A stretch of DNA of 63,953 bases, filler included, from Hausera hauseri (taxonomy: Eukaryota), in assembly GCA_046269625.1 (NCBI GenBank). It is 12 parts of 12 records of this genome, joined end to end, with 100 filler letters (N's around TTAATTAATTAA, not from the genome) between each part and the next. Parts side by side here need not be neighbours in the genome. Positions count along the whole stretch, not along the records: positions 59,956 to 63,953 come from JBJURY010830083.1; 11 more parts are not named here. The stretch is one strand, 5' to 3'. The notes under the pieces were generated by a model. It had not been told where the DNA came from. It ran no database searches and was given only the letters and a program-made list of their open reading frames with translations. Positions 61,735-63,953 of this stretch are shown here, piece after piece. The stretch's first letter is position 1; each line of letters begins with the position of its first letter. The position numbers and the translations under genes were made by a program.

Positions 61735-63953
61735 TCACCATTCAATGTCGTTTAGATTCATATTATCCTCTTCTATTGGATAAGGCCTAAATTTTGTAGC
61801 ATCTGTTTTACCGACAGCTAGAGGAATAACCGGCACACTAACACCGAGCTCATGAAGCACATTGTCATGTGCTGAAGTGTCAATTGAGCTTTGTACTGCA
61901 CCTTTTGAATAATTGACGGGGTGCCGTATTAATTTTGGAAATCGAAAAGAGATATATGCAGTAAAATCACAAATAGCCGTAAAAGTACTGTTTAAATTAT
62001 TATCAATTCCAAGAATAGGCGTATCTCGTATGTATAAACCAGGTACTGGACTGGGTTCTAAAATTGGTGTACTGTAAATTATATCATTAACACGACAACT
62101 TAAAATAAAATAATCTTCCATTTGAAATTTTCTGCTTTCCACATTATTTAAACTCCAAAACGGCGTATTTTGAGCATCTGGTACAACAGTTATAACCTGT
62201 TTTATAATATTATTTGCAAATGAAGCATCTTGAGTAAGAATATATGGTTTTGTTTTTGCATATTTAGCATTTTCCGTTAAATTTACATTTGTTTTTGTAA
62301 CTATATGTGCAGCATCAGGTTTCTGTGGTGTATATGATGTTGGCTGCCATCTGCTGTTTAAATAGTTAACATGTCTACAACCCCAATTATCAACTCTTGG
62401 CCACAGTTTAACGTTAAAATTTGAAATTCCATCTATTTTGCTATCAACTTTCCGTGGCCATGCTCTACATTGCATAGACCAATATAACCATTCTCCATTA
62501 TCACGCCAATTTCTATATGTCATTTTCCATTTGAAATTGTAACTGCATGGCTTATTACACCCTAACGGTATTGCGTATGGATGTGTACAACGGATTTCTG
62601 TACCGCTAAAGTCTACAGGTCTCATTCGATCCATTTTAACTGTACCGTCATCTTGTAAACCAGCGGAAAAAAACGGTTTATTACCACATTTATTACCTGA
62701 AGTATTTGGATCTAGAAATTTCTCAAAATAATTAACACCGTTCATGTCACAATTACCCATAACAGGACTTACCAAATATGCTGAATCCTGATAAACGGAA
62801 ACCTGCTGATTAACGTGTGCTCCAATATAATCATTAGTACCGATAGCTGATGAATTTAATACCTGTCTAATATTAAATTCAATTCCTTCTGCTCTCCATT
62901 GTTTAGTCATAGCCAATTTTTGATATAATGATGGATTATTATATGCCAATAAGTGCATAAATTCAACTGGTATTTTATACCACATATTTTGTTTCTGTTC
63001 AGTTTTCCAAATTAATATCACTGGAAATGTTAATGCTATTGTTGTAGCATCTTTAGGATTCGCATATTTCGGACATTTATAAAATGGTATAGCAACATTT
63101 GTTTTTTCACCACCTTCCAATACGTGTGTTTGAATGTTATCGTCAGCTGCACGTTTTCTTCTTCCTCCTCCTCCAATACCCGCCGGTTCACCGCTAGCAT
63201 TAGGACTGATTTCTGTCATGTCTGGAATAATTTTGATCTGTTGTAATTTATTGATTATATTTATTTCGTCCTCCATGTCGTCGTTTGATTGGTTAGGTTC
63301 TTGTTTGATTGTATGTGCACGACGAGATGTGTTTGGTATGAATTGTGTAAAATTATCGATTTTTTTCCAAATTTCTTCCAGATCCTCTATATCTTCATCT
63401 GACATGGTACCTCTGTAATGTCTCCGTAATCGTAATTCCTCATGTCGGTCTTTAAACAATTCCACATATGATTGTAACGATTGTACAACTAATTCTTTAA
63501 AAGCTATCAATAACTTTATGTCACTTTCAACCCACTCATGATTAACTACTCTACTCAATACTAAAGATGCAATTGCTGTACGTAAACTGTCCATACCAGT
63601 TCCTTCATACATTTGATCCATAAACGGTTCCACAAGCCAGCTTAAACTATCTGGTAACATACTCTGCATTAATCCCGTAAATGTATACCTTGAATATTTA
63701 AGCATAGACGATTGTAAATATTCTTTGTAACTACTGGCAAATATTTGTTCCTGTTGTTTTTGATACTCTGTTTCATTAACACCATTAAACATTTTCTGTA
63801 GAATTTCTTTAACTTCATCGTGAATAATTTCAAATTGTTCTTCTAATTCATCAACATCGAAAACTTCATTTCCGAATTTAAATAATGAACGTGATTCACC
63901 AATATTAAATACTTTTTTCAAAATTGTTTTAATTGAATAATCACTTACACCTT
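61735..63953 (-). CDS. Parvovirus/densovirus-like capsid protein with a long N-terminal extension; frame open to the window edge
   Basis: Intact frame of more than 728 aa. Internal M at 63219 starts a 494-aa region with GIGGGG, an RRKR NLS and WYKIPVEFMHL, resembling parvoviral VP. AATAAA follows the stop. Confidence 0.6.
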   Translation of the reverse strand, partial: GVSDYSIKTILKKVFNIGESRSLFKFGNEVFDVDELEEQFEIIHDEVKEILQKMFNGVNETEYQKQQEQIFASSYKEYLQSSMLKYSRYTFTGLMQSMLPDSLSWLVEPFMDQMYEGTGMDSLRTAIASLVLSRVVNHEWVESDIKLLIAFKELVVQSLQSYVELFKDRHEELRLRRHYRGTMSDEDIEDLEEIWKKIDNFTQFIPNTSRRAHTIKQEPNQSNDDMEDEINIINKLQQIKIIPDMTEISPNASGEPAGIGGGGRRKRAADDNIQTHVLEGGEKTNVAIPFYKCPKYANPKDATTIALTFPVILIWKTEQKQNMWYKIPVEFMHLLAYNNPSLYQKLAMTKQWRAEGIEFNIRQVLNSSAIGTNDYIGAHVNQQVSVYQDSAYLVSPVMGNCDMNGVNYFEKFLDPNTSGNKCGNKPFFSAGLQDDGTVKMDRMRPVDFSGTEIRCTHPYAIPLGCNKPCSYNFKWKMTYRNWRDNGEWLYWSMQCRAWPRKVDSKIDGISNFNVKLWPRVDNWGCRHVNYLNSRWQPTSYTPQKPDAAHIVTKTNVNLTENAKYAKTKPYILTQDASFANNIIKQVITVVPDAQNTPFWSLNNVESRKFQMEDYFILSCRVNDIIYSTPILEPSPVPGLYIRDTPILGIDNNLNSTFTAICDFTAYISFRFPKLIRHPVNYSKGAVQSSIDTSAHDNVLHELGVSVPVIPLAVGKTDATKFRPYPIEEDNMNLNDIEW

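Noticed and set aside
1-63953. Treating the pPolB fragments and the VP/NS module as one bidnavirus genome; naming the host species
   Set aside because: They lie on different contigs, so linkage is unsupported. The sequence only supports an AT-rich metazoan with very short introns.

Overview
This is not one contiguous locus. It is 12 short contigs of an AT-rich animal genome (spliceosomal introns only 40-47 nt) joined by 11 artificial 100-bp spacers (N44-TTAATTAATTAA-N44), so adjacency only means something within a contig. Most of the content is decayed mobile DNA: Ty3/Gypsy LTR retrotransposons, protein-primed DNA polymerase B (Polinton/adintovirus-like) elements, and hAT (hATm-like), Tigger/pogo, mariner and Chapaev3-like transposons. 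There are also a few host genes or gene pieces: OSTC/DC2, two mitofusin pseudogenes, the LDB1/Chip LID exons and an OSR1/SPAK fragment. Six observations stand out. (1) The last contig looks like a hybrid ssDNA virus: a CRESS-type Rep converges on a parvovirus-like capsid gene plus a second, nuclease-less parvovirus NS1-type SF3 helicase. (2) A CsRN1-like Gypsy family has a Gag that starts with an ~80-aa ubiquitin-like domain ending in di-glycine (two divergent copies). (3) A ~5.7-kb intronless, co-oriented mosaic of host mRNA pieces (NAB, LRWD1, anillin, Tudor, TBC1D8/9) is joined to that Gag. (4) A Gypsy carries a chuvirus/gB-like glycoprotein upstream of its protease. (5) Another Gypsy integrase reads in frame into a signal-peptide orphan ORF. 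(6) Two pPolB element ends share an AGTAG terminus, and one carries an IAP-like UBA-RING gene. All family calls come from motif recognition by eye; no database searches were run.
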